Shown here: piece after piece, positions 1-9,841 of the stretch
Numbering within the stretch: the first letter of the stretch is position 1
Layout: each line of letters begins with the position of its first letter
NCBI GenBank assembly: GCA_963675915.1
Contig: OY780959.1
Span: 2,520,001-2,552,000, forward strand
Direction: 5' to 3'
Length of the DNA stretch: 32,000 bases
Source: Coprobacillaceae bacterium
Lineage (GTDB): Bacteria; Bacillota_I; Bacilli_A; Erysipelotrichales; Coprobacillaceae
Notes under the pieces: model-generated
The model's database searches: none
Seen by the model: only the letters and a program-made list of their open reading frames with translations
What the model was told of the DNA's origin: nothing
Position numbers and translations under genes: made by a program

Positions 1-1
1 T

Positions 2-808
2 CAATCATGTGATATGATGGATGAAGCGATGAAAATTGCCAAGGAAAACGATACTTTGATTGTAGCCCATTGCGAGGATGAAGCGGAACTGGTTACCGGA
101 GGATCAATCAACCTTTCGGGAGTCAGTGAAAAGCTGGGATTGGTTGGAATCAATAATGCTTCGGAATCCAATCAGGCCTGCCGTGATCTGGAACTCGCCA
201 ACGAAATCCAAAATCGCTATCATATTTGTCATATCTCGACTAGAGAAACGGTTGAATGTCTTAGCAAATATCACAGTGATCTGATTTCCGGAGAGGTATG
301 TCCGCATCATCTGATCCTATGTGACGAAGATGTCGAGAAGGAAAATCCAAATTACAAGATGAATCCACCGCTTCGTTCTAAAGAAGATGTTGCTGCCTTG
401 ATCAAGGCGCTTAACGATGGGGTGATTACCTGCATATCGACCGATCATGCTCCTCATTCTCGCGAGGAAAAAGACCAGCCGATTGAAAAAGCCCCATTTG
501 GAATCATCGGAATCCAACAGGCTTTCAGCCTATGTTACACACACCTGGTTCAAAAAGGAATGTTGAAGTTAGAAACGTTATTGGACTGTATGAGTGTCAA
601 TCCAGCCCGAGTAATCAGACTGGATCATCATCTCGAAGCTGGGAAAAAAGCCAATTTCTGTGTGATTGATCTCGAACGCGAATACGAGATCACTGAAGAA
701 TCAATCAAGTCAAAATCAATCAATACGCCATTTTTGCACACCAAGGCCAGCGGTTTGGTGGTAATGAATGTAATTGATGGCAAATTAAATATGTTAGAAG
801 GAGAGTAG
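2..808 (+). CDS. pyrC: Dihydroorotase, C-terminal approx. 268 aa (5' end cut by window edge)
   Basis: The frame is open from nt 2 with no stop before the first ATG at 14. It carries the CISTDHAPHS metal-binding region typical of dihydroorotase and is followed directly by pyrK-pyrD. Confidence 0.85.
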   Translation, partial: QSCDMMDEAMKIAKENDTLIVAHCEDEAELVTGGSINLSGVSEKLGLVGINNASESNQACRDLELANEIQNRYHICHISTRETVECLSKYHSDLISGEVCPHHLILCDEDVEKENPNYKMNPPLRSKEDVAALIKALNDGVITCISTDHAPHSREEKDQPIEKAPFGIIGIQQAFSLCYTHLVQKGMLKLETLLDCMSVNPARVIRLDHHLEAGKKANFCVIDLEREYEITEESIKSKSINTPFLHTKASGLVVMNVIDGKLNMLEGE

Positions 809-809
809 T

Positions 810-2478
<1,669 letters not shown>

Positions 2479-2484
2479 GGAGGG

Positions 2485-4623
2485 GTGTACTTGGATTTAA
2501 AAAAGCTGCTTAACCCCCAACAATATGAAGGAGCAACCTTCATCAATCAGAACTTAAGAATAATCGCCGGAGCCGGTTCCGGGAAAACCCGGGTGATCAC
2601 ATATCGGATTGCCTATATGATCCAGGAACTGGGAATCGATCCGCGCCGGATACTGGCTATCACTTTTACCAATAAAGCGGCCAATGAAATGAAGGAACGG
2701 ATTGAAAAAATTGTCGGAATCGATGCCTATCAGGCGACGATTTCCACGATTCACTCATTTTGCGTCCGCCTGCTCCGCCAACATATCAATGTCATCAAAT
2801 ATCCTTCCAACTTCATCATCATGGATGAGGAAGACCAGAAGGCGGCGCTGAAAAAAATTTACGCCGAGCTTTCAATCGATGTCAAAGCAATAAAAATCAA
2901 GAGTGCGCTCAATTTCATCTCGACATACAAGATGGCGGATGTCGATCCGCAAAAAGCCATCAGTTTGAATGACGGCAATGAGGTCGAACGGCGCAAAGCG
3001 CTTATCTATGAGAAGTATGAGGAATACAAGGAAAAGAATTTCTATCTTGATTTCGATGACTTGATTCTCAAAGCCACGTATATCCTTGAACATTTCGATT
3101 ATGTTCTCGATAAATGGCAAAACAAATACGATTACATCCACGTCGATGAGTTTCAGGATGTCGGTGATTACGAATATCGGTTGGTGAAACTTATATCCCG
3201 CAAAGCAATAACATGTGTCGTTGGTGATCCTGACCAGACCATCTACAGTTTCCGGGGAGCGGATGTCAATTACATTCTTGATTTTCCTCAGGATTATCAA
3301 CCGTGTAAAACGATATTCCTCAACGAGAACTACCGCTCGACCCAGAATATCCTCAATGCTTCCAATGAGCTTATCGCCAACAACAGCAATCGGCTTGAAA
3401 AAGAATTGTTCACCAACAGCGAAGAGGGAGCCAGTGTGACCCAATTCACCGGAGTGTCCGAAAAGCAGGAGGCCAATTATATCTGCGACCAGATTGAGGA
3501 AATAATCAACAATGTCGAAGGGGTAAATTACAAGGATTTTGCGGTGCTTTATCGTGCCAACTACCTTTCAAGACCGATTGAGCAGGCACTGATAAGCCGG
3601 GGGATCGATTATCGGATCTTTGGCGGATTGAAATTCTTCAATCGCAAGGAAGTTAAAGATGCCTTGAGTTATTTGCGGCTCGTTGTCACTCAGGATGATT
3701 TGGCGTTTGAACGGATTGTCAATGTCCCAACCAGGGGAATTGGCAAGAAAACCCTGGAATCAATCCAGCTTACTGCTTTGAACAATCAGATTTCCGAATA
3801 CGAAGCGGTTTGCTTTCATTCTCAGGATATCCGGCTGTCATCAAAATCGAAAAAAGGGCTCAAGACCATGGTCATGGCGGTTGAAAAAGCACGTCAGTCC
3901 CAGAAATCAATGGCGGTTGTTTTCGAGGAACTGCTTAACGATGTGGGGTATATGGAGATGCTCAAAGATGATTTGGAAACAAACCGGATCGACAATATTC
4001 ATGAATTGCAACGGTCAATCGATGAATATGCCAAGGAACAGGGAGATCTGGCTACTTTCGAGAATTATCTCCAGGACATTGCCTTGTTCACCGACAATGA
4101 TAACGGCACCGAGGGTGAATACGTTTCGCTGATGTCGATTCACATGTCCAAAGGACTTGAATTCAATTATGTCTTTGTAACAGGTCTTTCAGAAGGGGTC
4201 TTCCCATCTTATCGCTCAATTTCCCAAAGCGGAGATGAGGGCCTTGAAGAGGAACGGCGCCTCGCTTATGTGGCATTCACCAGAGCCAAACGAAAATTGT
4301 ATCTTACCGATAGTGAAGGATTCAATTTCATTACCAATTCACCTAAAACCGGTTCCCGTTTTATCGGCGAAGTCGGAAAAGGGATTGAACATAAAGGGGT
4401 CAAACAGCGATTTGTGGTCAACGATATCCTGCCATCCAAAAATACCGAAGTGGAGACCAATGACGTTTCCTGGCAAGTCGGTGACATCCTGATGCATGAT
4501 GTTTTTGGCAAGGGAGTTGTCATTAAAATAGAAGGTGCAACCATTCAAGTGGCTTTTGATGCTGAATTTGGAATCAAAACCTTGATGGCCAACCATCGGG
4601 CCTTGAAAATATTATTGAATTAA
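2485..4623 (+). CDS. pcrA: ATP-dependent DNA helicase PcrA (UvrD/Rep superfamily 1)
   Basis: 712 aa with Walker A AGAGSGKTRV, motif II VDEFQD, TIHSFC and motif VI VAFTRAKRKL. The track start is GTG 2485. TTG 2491 has better spacing to AAGGAGG (2477-2483) and may be the true start. Confidence 0.9.
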   Translation: MYLDLKKLLNPQQYEGATFINQNLRIIAGAGSGKTRVITYRIAYMIQELGIDPRRILAITFTNKAANEMKERIEKIVGIDAYQATISTIHSFCVRLLRQHINVIKYPSNFIIMDEEDQKAALKKIYAELSIDVKAIKIKSALNFISTYKMADVDPQKAISLNDGNEVERRKALIYEKYEEYKEKNFYLDFDDLILKATYILEHFDYVLDKWQNKYDYIHVDEFQDVGDYEYRLVKLISRKAITCVVGDPDQTIYSFRGADVNYILDFPQDYQPCKTIFLNENYRSTQNILNASNELIANNSNRLEKELFTNSEEGASVTQFTGVSEKQEANYICDQIEEIINNVEGVNYKDFAVLYRANYLSRPIEQALISRGIDYRIFGGLKFFNRKEVKDALSYLRLVVTQDDLAFERIVNVPTRGIGKKTLESIQLTALNNQISEYEAVCFHSQDIRLSSKSKKGLKTMVMAVEKARQSQKSMAVVFEELLNDVGYMEMLKDDLETNRIDNIHELQRSIDEYAKEQGDLATFENYLQDIALFTDNDNGTEGEYVSLMSIHMSKGLEFNYVFVTGLSEGVFPSYRSISQSGDEGLEEERRLAYVAFTRAKRKLYLTDSEGFNFITNSPKTGSRFIGEVGKGIEHKGVKQRFVVNDILPSKNTEVETNDVSWQVGDILMHDVFGKGVVIKIEGATIQVAFDAEFGIKTLMANHRALKILLN

Positions 4624-4631
4624 ATAATCTG

Positions 4632-4670
4632 ACGGAATCTTCCTTACCTAAGGCTGGCTCCGTTTTTTTT
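4632..4670 (+). terminator. Probable intrinsic terminator after pcrA
   Basis: Imperfect hairpin with outer arms ACGGA/TCCGT and inner CCTT-ACCT-AAGG, followed by a T8 run (4663-4670). Confidence 0.45.
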
Positions 4671-4687
4671 GTATCCTAATTGGTAAT

Positions 4688-4716
4688 TTGAACAAGGTAC
4701 AACTCTATGTTATACT
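4688..4716 (+). promoter_or_regulatory. Sigma-A type promoter of the first betaine-binding lipoprotein gene
   Basis: TTGAAC (4688-4693), 17 nt spacer, then extended -10 TGtTATACT (4708-4716). Confidence 0.5.
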
Positions 4717-4784
4717 AAAGGTTGTATCTTGTTGGGTCGATAACGTTTGGCAACAGGATTTAAAACAAATAAAGAGGAGGAAAT

Positions 4785-5654
4785 ATGTTGAAAAGACGAA
4801 TTAAAAAAATCGGAATTGCCGCATTGACTGCAGCGATGACAACAACTGCGTTGGCTGGTTGTAGTCCGAGTGGAACAGATGGTGAAACTATTGAAATTGG
4901 TTTTGTAAACTGGGCTGAGTGTATTGCGGTTACCAATATTTGGAAAAACATTCTAGAAGACGAGGGGTATAATGTTGAATTGACTCAATTGGACGTAACG
5001 CCGTTGTTTGTGGGAATGGCAGGTGGAGATATCGATCTCTTCCTGGATGCCTGGTTGCCGGTAACGCATGGTAATTTATGGGCTGAATATCAGGATGACC
5101 TGTACGATGCCGGAAACTGGTATGAATCTCCGGCCAAAATCGGGATTGTTGTTCCAAGCTATGTGACAATCGATTCATTGGCTGAATACGGAGCGGTAGC
5201 AGACCAGTTTGATAATGAAATTATCGGAATCGAGCCTGGAGGCGGTGAGATGATTATAACCCGTGATGCTATTGAACAATATGAAATGGATGCCACCTTG
5301 GTTGATGGTAGTGAGGCGGCGAAGATGACAGCATTGAATCGCGCCTATGAGGATAATGAGTGGATTGCAATCACTGGTTGGTCGCCACATTGGATGTTTG
5401 CTTCATATGATTTGAAATATCTGGAAGACCCACTGGGACTTTACGGTGGTGCCGAAGAGTGTCATTCGGTTTTCAATGCCGATTATGCGGCTGAAAATCC
5501 AGAAGTGGTAGCGATGCTTGAGGCATTCAGCATGAGTGATAATCAAATCGGGACAGTTGAAAAACTGATTAATGATGGTGCTGATCCTGCTGATGCTGCA
5601 GCTCAATGGATTTTGGAAAATCAGGACATTGTTGATTCTTGGTTAGGAAAATAA
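4785..5654 (+). CDS. Glycine betaine/proline betaine ABC-type substrate-binding lipoprotein (OpuAC/ProX family), copy 1
   Basis: 289 aa with a signal peptide and lipobox LAGC. Family-typical WAEC..NIWK, DLFLDAWLP and ITGWSPHWMF segments. RBS AGAGGAGG upstream. Confidence 0.8.
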   Translation: MLKRRIKKIGIAALTAAMTTTALAGCSPSGTDGETIEIGFVNWAECIAVTNIWKNILEDEGYNVELTQLDVTPLFVGMAGGDIDLFLDAWLPVTHGNLWAEYQDDLYDAGNWYESPAKIGIVVPSYVTIDSLAEYGAVADQFDNEIIGIEPGGGEMIITRDAIEQYEMDATLVDGSEAAKMTALNRAYEDNEWIAITGWSPHWMFASYDLKYLEDPLGLYGGAEECHSVFNADYAAENPEVVAMLEAFSMSDNQIGTVEKLINDGADPADAAAQWILENQDIVDSWLGK

Positions 5655-5660
5655 TTATCA

Positions 5661-5690
5661 AAGCAGATCTTTCGATCTGCTTTTGGTGTT
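5661..5690 (+). terminator. Rho-independent terminator
   Basis: Perfect 9-bp stem AAGCAGATC / GATCTGCTT with loop TTTC, followed by TTGGTGTTT. Confidence 0.8.
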
Positions 5691-5790
5691 TGTGCCAGAA
5701 TCGCAGATAAATTTCAAATCAACTGTCATTTAAAGCAAATGGGGATCTGACTGGATTTCGTCTGACTATCATAACTGTTTTAACCTTTAT

Positions 5791-5819
5791 TTGTATAACA
5801 TCCAACTTTGTGTTATTAT
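5791..5819 (+). promoter_or_regulatory. Sigma-A type promoter of the second betaine-binding lipoprotein gene
   Basis: TTGTAT (5791-5796), 17 nt spacer, then extended -10 TGtTATTAT (5811-5819). Spacer and downstream GTTGTAT resemble the copy-1 promoter. Confidence 0.5.
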
Positions 5820-5977
5820 AGAGTTGTATGTTATTTGAAGGCAAAATGGGGCTGGAACGCTGAACCCGCTTGTTTATAATCAATTTATCTCCCAGTGGGG
5901 AAGGTTTTATGGGAGTGATTTGAAAATATTTAAGCAGTGTCTTCATAACAGTAAAGCATAAAAAAACAGGAGGAACT

Positions 5978-6856
5978 ATGTTAAAAACAAATTTTAAAAA
6001 ATACGGAATTGGTGCTTTGGCCGCGGTAATGGCGTCAGTTGGATTGACGGGATGTTCAGGTTCGAGCAGCTCAACTGGAACCCAAACCATTACAATAGGA
6101 TATGTCAATTGGGCTGAATGTGTGGCTGCCAGTAATATCTGGAAAAATATTCTGGAAGAACAAGGGTATGATGTCAAATTGACGCAATTGGATGTCGCAC
6201 CGCTTTATGTTGGTTTATCAACGGGAGATGTAGATATCTTTTTGGATGCCTGGTTGCCCGCAACCGATGCCGAATATTGGGATAAATACCAGGATGATAT
6301 CTATGATGCCGGAATTTGGTATGAAGCACCGGCCAAAATCGGACTGACCGTACCTACATATGTGACAATTGATTCGATTGAGGAATTCGAGGAAGCTGGA
6401 GATAATTTTGACAATCAGATAGTCGGAATCGATCCTGGAGCGGGAAGCATGCTGGTAACCGAAGAGGCAATGGAGCATTATGGGCTTGATTCAATCACAT
6501 TGGTTCAAGGTAGTGAGACTGCCATGATGGCCGCTTTGGACAAGGCTTATGATGACGGAGAGTGGATTGCAATAACCGGATGGTCACCGCATTGGATGTT
6601 CGCATCATACGACCTCAAATATCTTGAAGATCCCGATGGAGCCTTTGGTGTCGAAGAGGAAATCCACACTTTGATGAACAAGGAGTTTGCAATGGAAAAT
6701 CCGGATTTGACAGCCATGCTCGAGACATTCAGTATGAACGATGATGAAATTGGAAGTGTTGAGAAACTTATCAATGACGGGATGGACGCAAGTGAAGCGG
6801 CAAAACAGTGGATTTCAGACAATCAAACCAGTGTTTCGACCTGGTTGGGAGAATAA
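5978..6856 (+). CDS. Glycine betaine/proline betaine ABC-type substrate-binding lipoprotein (OpuAC/ProX family), copy 2
   Basis: 292 aa, lipobox LTGC, colinear with copy 1 over its whole length (paralog). RBS CAGGAGG upstream. Confidence 0.8.
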   Translation: MLKTNFKKYGIGALAAVMASVGLTGCSGSSSSTGTQTITIGYVNWAECVAASNIWKNILEEQGYDVKLTQLDVAPLYVGLSTGDVDIFLDAWLPATDAEYWDKYQDDIYDAGIWYEAPAKIGLTVPTYVTIDSIEEFEEAGDNFDNQIVGIDPGAGSMLVTEEAMEHYGLDSITLVQGSETAMMAALDKAYDDGEWIAITGWSPHWMFASYDLKYLEDPDGAFGVEEEIHTLMNKEFAMENPDLTAMLETFSMNDDEIGSVEKLINDGMDASEAAKQWISDNQTSVSTWLGE

Positions 6857-6863
6857 GTGCCAT

Positions 6864-6890
6864 AGCAGATCGATGGATCTGCTTTTTTTG
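6864..6890 (+). terminator. Rho-independent terminator, also the group IIC intron target hairpin
   Basis: 8-bp stem AGCAGATC / GATCTGCT with loop GATG and a T7 run. The stem sequence matches the terminator at 5661-5690. Confidence 0.85.
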
Positions 6891-7414
6891 GTATGCCGGG
6901 CATGGCATATATCTAGGTGGTGAAAGTCCACTGTGGGGGTGACGTCGCAACTGCCAACCACTAGCCAATATCAAGGGTGTCCATCGTGAGGTGGAATCTG
7001 AAAGAAGATGGAGGCAAAACCCTGGTCCGAGGTACACAAATCACATATCAGGCAGGTAATGGGGACGAGCGTGCCAAACAACGCGAAGTCATAAGAGGTT
7101 GCGGAATACAACTATTACATGTAAATGTGGCGGATATATGGGGTGAAAGAGATATGACCTTATCCCGGGAGATCTTGCGAGGGAGCAATCCTAGTAACAA
7201 CGAATCGCAAGAAGTCAGCAGACGTCGTAGTAGCGAAGAAGTGGCTGTAATGGCCATGGAGTGAAGGACTGAATGAATCTATCAGTTATTAAAATTAGGC
7301 TTGATTTCATCGCGCGAAACCGCAAAGACAGACGAACACACTATCAAGGCCCGAAAGAAGAATGTAGGGGAAGTGAGCCTGATGAATAGCGAAATCAATG
7401 GAGGTAACGGAAAT

Positions 7415-8698
7415 ATGAATACTGATAACACATTACTTGAAGAAATGCTTAGTGATATCAATCTCAAAAAGGCATATACCCAAGTAAAACGAAACAAAGG
7501 CGCTAGTGGCGTTGATGGAATGAAAGTATTGGACCTCAAAGGACATCTCGATGAACATCTTGATGAAATAAAGGAAATGATACAAAACAGGAAATACAAA
7601 CCACAGCCTGTATTAAGAGTGGAAATACCTAAACTAGATGGTGGAGTTAGAAACCTAGGAGTGCCAACAGTGCTCGACAGGTTCGTTCAACAAGCCATCG
7701 CCCAGGTACTGATTCCTATCTATGAACCCTTGTTCAGCGATAACAGCTACGGTTTTAGACCTAATAGAAATTGTGAGATGGCAATCATCAAATCATTGGA
7801 ATACATGAATGATGGTTTCCAATGGATTGTTGACATTGACTTGGAGAAATTCTTTGATAACATCAACCACGATAAATTGATTACCTTAATCATGAAAGAT
7901 GTCAAGAATGGTGAAATTGTATCACTGATAAGAAAATTCCTGGTAAGTGGAATAAGCATTGATGGAGAATACAAAGAGTCAATAATCGGATCAAGCCAAG
8001 GAGGTCCGTTGAGTCCATTGTTGAGTAATATCGTCCTTAACGAACTCGACAAAGAATTGGAGGCTAGAGGGTTGCATTTTACTAGGTACGCTGATGACTG
8101 CATGATATTTGTCGGTAGCAGTAAAGCTGCAGATAGAGTTATGGAGAATGTGCGAAAGTTCATTGAAAAGAAGTTGGGGCTCAAGGTCAACATGACCAAA
8201 AGCAAAGTATCCAAACCAAATGATATCAAATACTTGGGATTTGGATTCTATTATGACAACTTCAGCCAGTCATGGAAAGCCAAACCACATGCTAAATCAA
8301 TAGCTATCTTGAAAGATAAGCTCAGAGAACTGACTAATAGAAGTTGGTCAGTATCATGGGAATTTCGCCGAATGAAAATAAGGCAACTTATTGTCGGGTG
8401 GATCAATTACTACCGAATCGGAAATTTCAAATCCAAATGTGCAAGGCTGGATGGCTGGATTAGATTTAGAATCCGAATGTACCTGTGGAAGAAATGGAAA
8501 ACCATCAAGAACCGTAGAAAACAGTTGAGAAAACTAGGGGCCCAAAGATGGCAATATGAATCATGGTCAAATTCCAGGAAATCATATGCCCGCTGTGCAA
8601 GCACGTTTCTGCGAACCAAAATAACAAACAAAGTACTCAAAAGAAATGGTCTAGCATCACTGCTAGACCAATATCAGTTAAAACATATTTTAGTATAG
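7415..8698 (+). CDS. Group II intron-encoded reverse transcriptase/maturase (no endonuclease domain)
   Basis: RT0 motif KAYTQVKRNKGASGVDGM, catalytic RYADDCMIF (YADD) and maturase/X-domain GWINYYRIGN. It ends about 50 aa after the X domain. The ORF is open from 7301, but ATG 7415 follows GGAGG (7400-7404). ATG 7382 is an alternative start. Confidence 0.85.
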   Translation: MNTDNTLLEEMLSDINLKKAYTQVKRNKGASGVDGMKVLDLKGHLDEHLDEIKEMIQNRKYKPQPVLRVEIPKLDGGVRNLGVPTVLDRFVQQAIAQVLIPIYEPLFSDNSYGFRPNRNCEMAIIKSLEYMNDGFQWIVDIDLEKFFDNINHDKLITLIMKDVKNGEIVSLIRKFLVSGISIDGEYKESIIGSSQGGPLSPLLSNIVLNELDKELEARGLHFTRYADDCMIFVGSSKAADRVMENVRKFIEKKLGLKVNMTKSKVSKPNDIKYLGFGFYYDNFSQSWKAKPHAKSIAILKDKLRELTNRSWSVSWEFRRMKIRQLIVGWINYYRIGNFKSKCARLDGWIRFRIRMYLWKKWKTIKNRRKQLRKLGAQRWQYESWSNSRKSYARCASTFLRTKITNKVLKRNGLASLLDQYQLKHILV

Positions 8699-8704
8699 AT
8701 TTAA

Positions 8705-8736
8705 ACCGCCGTATGCCGGACGGCACGTACGGTGGT
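8705..8736 (+). ncRNA. Group II intron domain V (catalytic hairpin)
   Basis: Lower stem ACCGCCGUA / UACGGUGGU with one G-U pair and a CGC triad as in IIC introns. Upper stem UGCC/GGCA, CG bulge. The upper-stem bases covary relative to the recalled O. iheyensis UACC/GGUA. Confidence 0.75.
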
Positions 8737-8841
8737 GTGAGAGGTCGGAAATAAAATTTTATTTATTTCCTCCTACTCGATTCTCAAATATTGCAAAAAA
8801 AGCAGTTTTTGTAACAAAAATGAAGAAATTTTGTATATTTT

Positions 8842-8870
8842 TTGATTTTGATGGCAATTCGGCTTATGAT
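8842..8870 (+). promoter_or_regulatory. Sigma-A type promoter for the DUF1801-pirin-DUF4256 operon
   Basis: TTGATT (8842-8847), 17 nt spacer, TATGAT (8865-8870), about 120 nt upstream of the first ATG. Confidence 0.5.
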
Positions 8871-8992
8871 TAAAGTAGAAGAATGCCTTGAAACATGGAT
8901 ATTTTTTCCATTTGGACTCGTGTTCCCAAATGGTTTGACCTACAAGCTGTCAGGCGGACAGATCCAATGGGATTAATCAGGAGGATGATAAT

Positions 8993-9448
8993 ATGTCAAA
9001 AGATTTCAAAACTGTTGAAGATTATCTGGAATCAATTCCGTCAGAGCGCCGGATAATAATCAACCGGCTTCGCCAGGTGATCAAAGATAATTTGCCGGAT
9101 GGCTTTGAAGAACAGATTCGCTATAAAATGATCGGCTATGTTGTTCCCTTGCGGCTTTATCCTGAAGGTTATCATGTCGACAAAGGCCCGCTTCCTTTCA
9201 TATCTTTAGCATCGATGAAAAACCATGTTGCAGTTTATCACATGGGATTGTATGGTGATCGCGATCTTGAGGAGTGGTTTGTCGAAGAATATCAAAAAAC
9301 AACGGATCACAAACTGGATATGGGTAAAAGTTGCATCCGGTTCAAGAAGCTGGATGCCATTCCCTATGAACTGGTTGGCGAATTGGCAGCGAAAATTACG
9401 GTGAGAAAGTACATTTCAATGTATGAACAGTACCGGGATAAACGGTGA
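8993..9448 (+). CDS. DUF1801 (YdhG-like) domain protein
   Basis: 151 aa. N-terminal VEDYLESIP...RL and central HVAVYHMG segments are typical of the DUF1801 family as I recall it. RBS CAGGAGG upstream. Confidence 0.65.
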   Translation: MSKDFKTVEDYLESIPSERRIIINRLRQVIKDNLPDGFEEQIRYKMIGYVVPLRLYPEGYHVDKGPLPFISLASMKNHVAVYHMGLYGDRDLEEWFVEEYQKTTDHKLDMGKSCIRFKKLDAIPYELVGELAAKITVRKYISMYEQYRDKR

Positions 9449-9807
9449 TTTCAATGGACCATGAAATCGGGGTAATCGATCAATATATCGAATCACAGCC
9501 AGAGGAAATCAGATTGTTCCTCCACGAGGTTGCAAGGGCAATTGAGAATGCTCTGCCAGAGGCGAAACAGAAAATTTCCTGGGGCATGCCAACATATTAT
9601 GATAAACACAATATTATTCATTTTGGTGCCCATAAAAATCATTTAGGCATTTATCCGGGTCCGGCAGCGATTGAGTTTTTCGCTGATCGCCTGAGTGGAT
9701 TCAAGACCAGTAAAGGAGCGATTCAAATCCCTTACAGTCAAGATTTGCCTTTGGAGCTGATTGGTGATATCGCCAGCTGGTGCATGAATACCGGACACCA
9801 TCATTAA
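9445..9807 (+). CDS. DUF1801 (YdhG-like, often annotated iron chaperone) domain protein
   Basis: 120 aa with IDQYIESQPEE...ISWGMPTY...HFGAHKNHLGIYPG. GTG 9445 overlaps the upstream stop (GTGA). ATG 9454 is an alternative start. Confidence 0.65.
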   Translation: MISMDHEIGVIDQYIESQPEEIRLFLHEVARAIENALPEAKQKISWGMPTYYDKHNIIHFGAHKNHLGIYPGPAAIEFFADRLSGFKTSKGAIQIPYSQDLPLELIGDIASWCMNTGHHH

Positions 9808-9841
9808 CAAAAATATTAGCTAAATTACAGTAGGAGGCATT

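Larger units (their letters stand above)
6891..8776 (+). mobile_element. Group II intron, bacterial class C (IIC), apparently full length (approx. 1.89 kb)
   Basis: The 5' end GUAUGCCGGGCAUGG and internal blocks (GGGUGUCC...GGAAUCUGAA, GAAGUCAGCAGACGUCGUAGUA) closely resemble the Oceanobacillus iheyensis IIC intron as I recall it. An En-less RT/maturase ORF sits in domain IV. Domain V (8705-8736) and a domain VI hairpin (GGAAAUAAA/UUUAUUUCC) precede ...CCUAC. The 3' boundary is good to about +/-10 nt. The element sits immediately 3' of a terminator hairpin, as IIC introns do. Confidence 0.85.

Noticed and set aside
4624-5977. c-di-AMP (ydaO-type) or other known riboswitch upstream of the betaine-binding genes
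   Set aside because: I could not find the conserved pseudo-symmetric ydaO core elements. The first leader is too short (about 65 nt), and the second has only short hairpins. It is kept only as a low-interest leader observation.
5719-6177. 152-aa minus-strand ORF across the promoter, leader and 5' end of the second betaine-binding gene
   Set aside because: It is antisense to a well-supported gene and its promoter, has no RBS, and its composition is typical of a shadow ORF.
7301-7414. N-terminal 38-codon extension of the RT ORF
   Set aside because: The frame happens to be open upstream. The RT0 motif begins soon after ATG 7415, which has a GGAGG at proper spacing, and the extension encodes low-complexity sequence from intron domain IV RNA.
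6977-7599. ORFs of 69-105 aa on both strands (6977-7264 +, 7048-7257 -, 7282-7599 -) between the second betaine-binding gene and the RT gene
   Set aside because: They lie inside ribozyme domains I-III/IV of the group II intron, have no RBS, and their sequence is explained by conserved intron RNA structure.
7415-8698. RT as a retron, DGR or Abi-type defence reverse transcriptase
   Set aside because: The RT has the group II maturase X domain (GWINYYRIGN). It is flanked by recognisable intron 5' end, domain V and domain VI. I see no msr/msd-like inverted repeats, template/variable repeat pair or effector gene.
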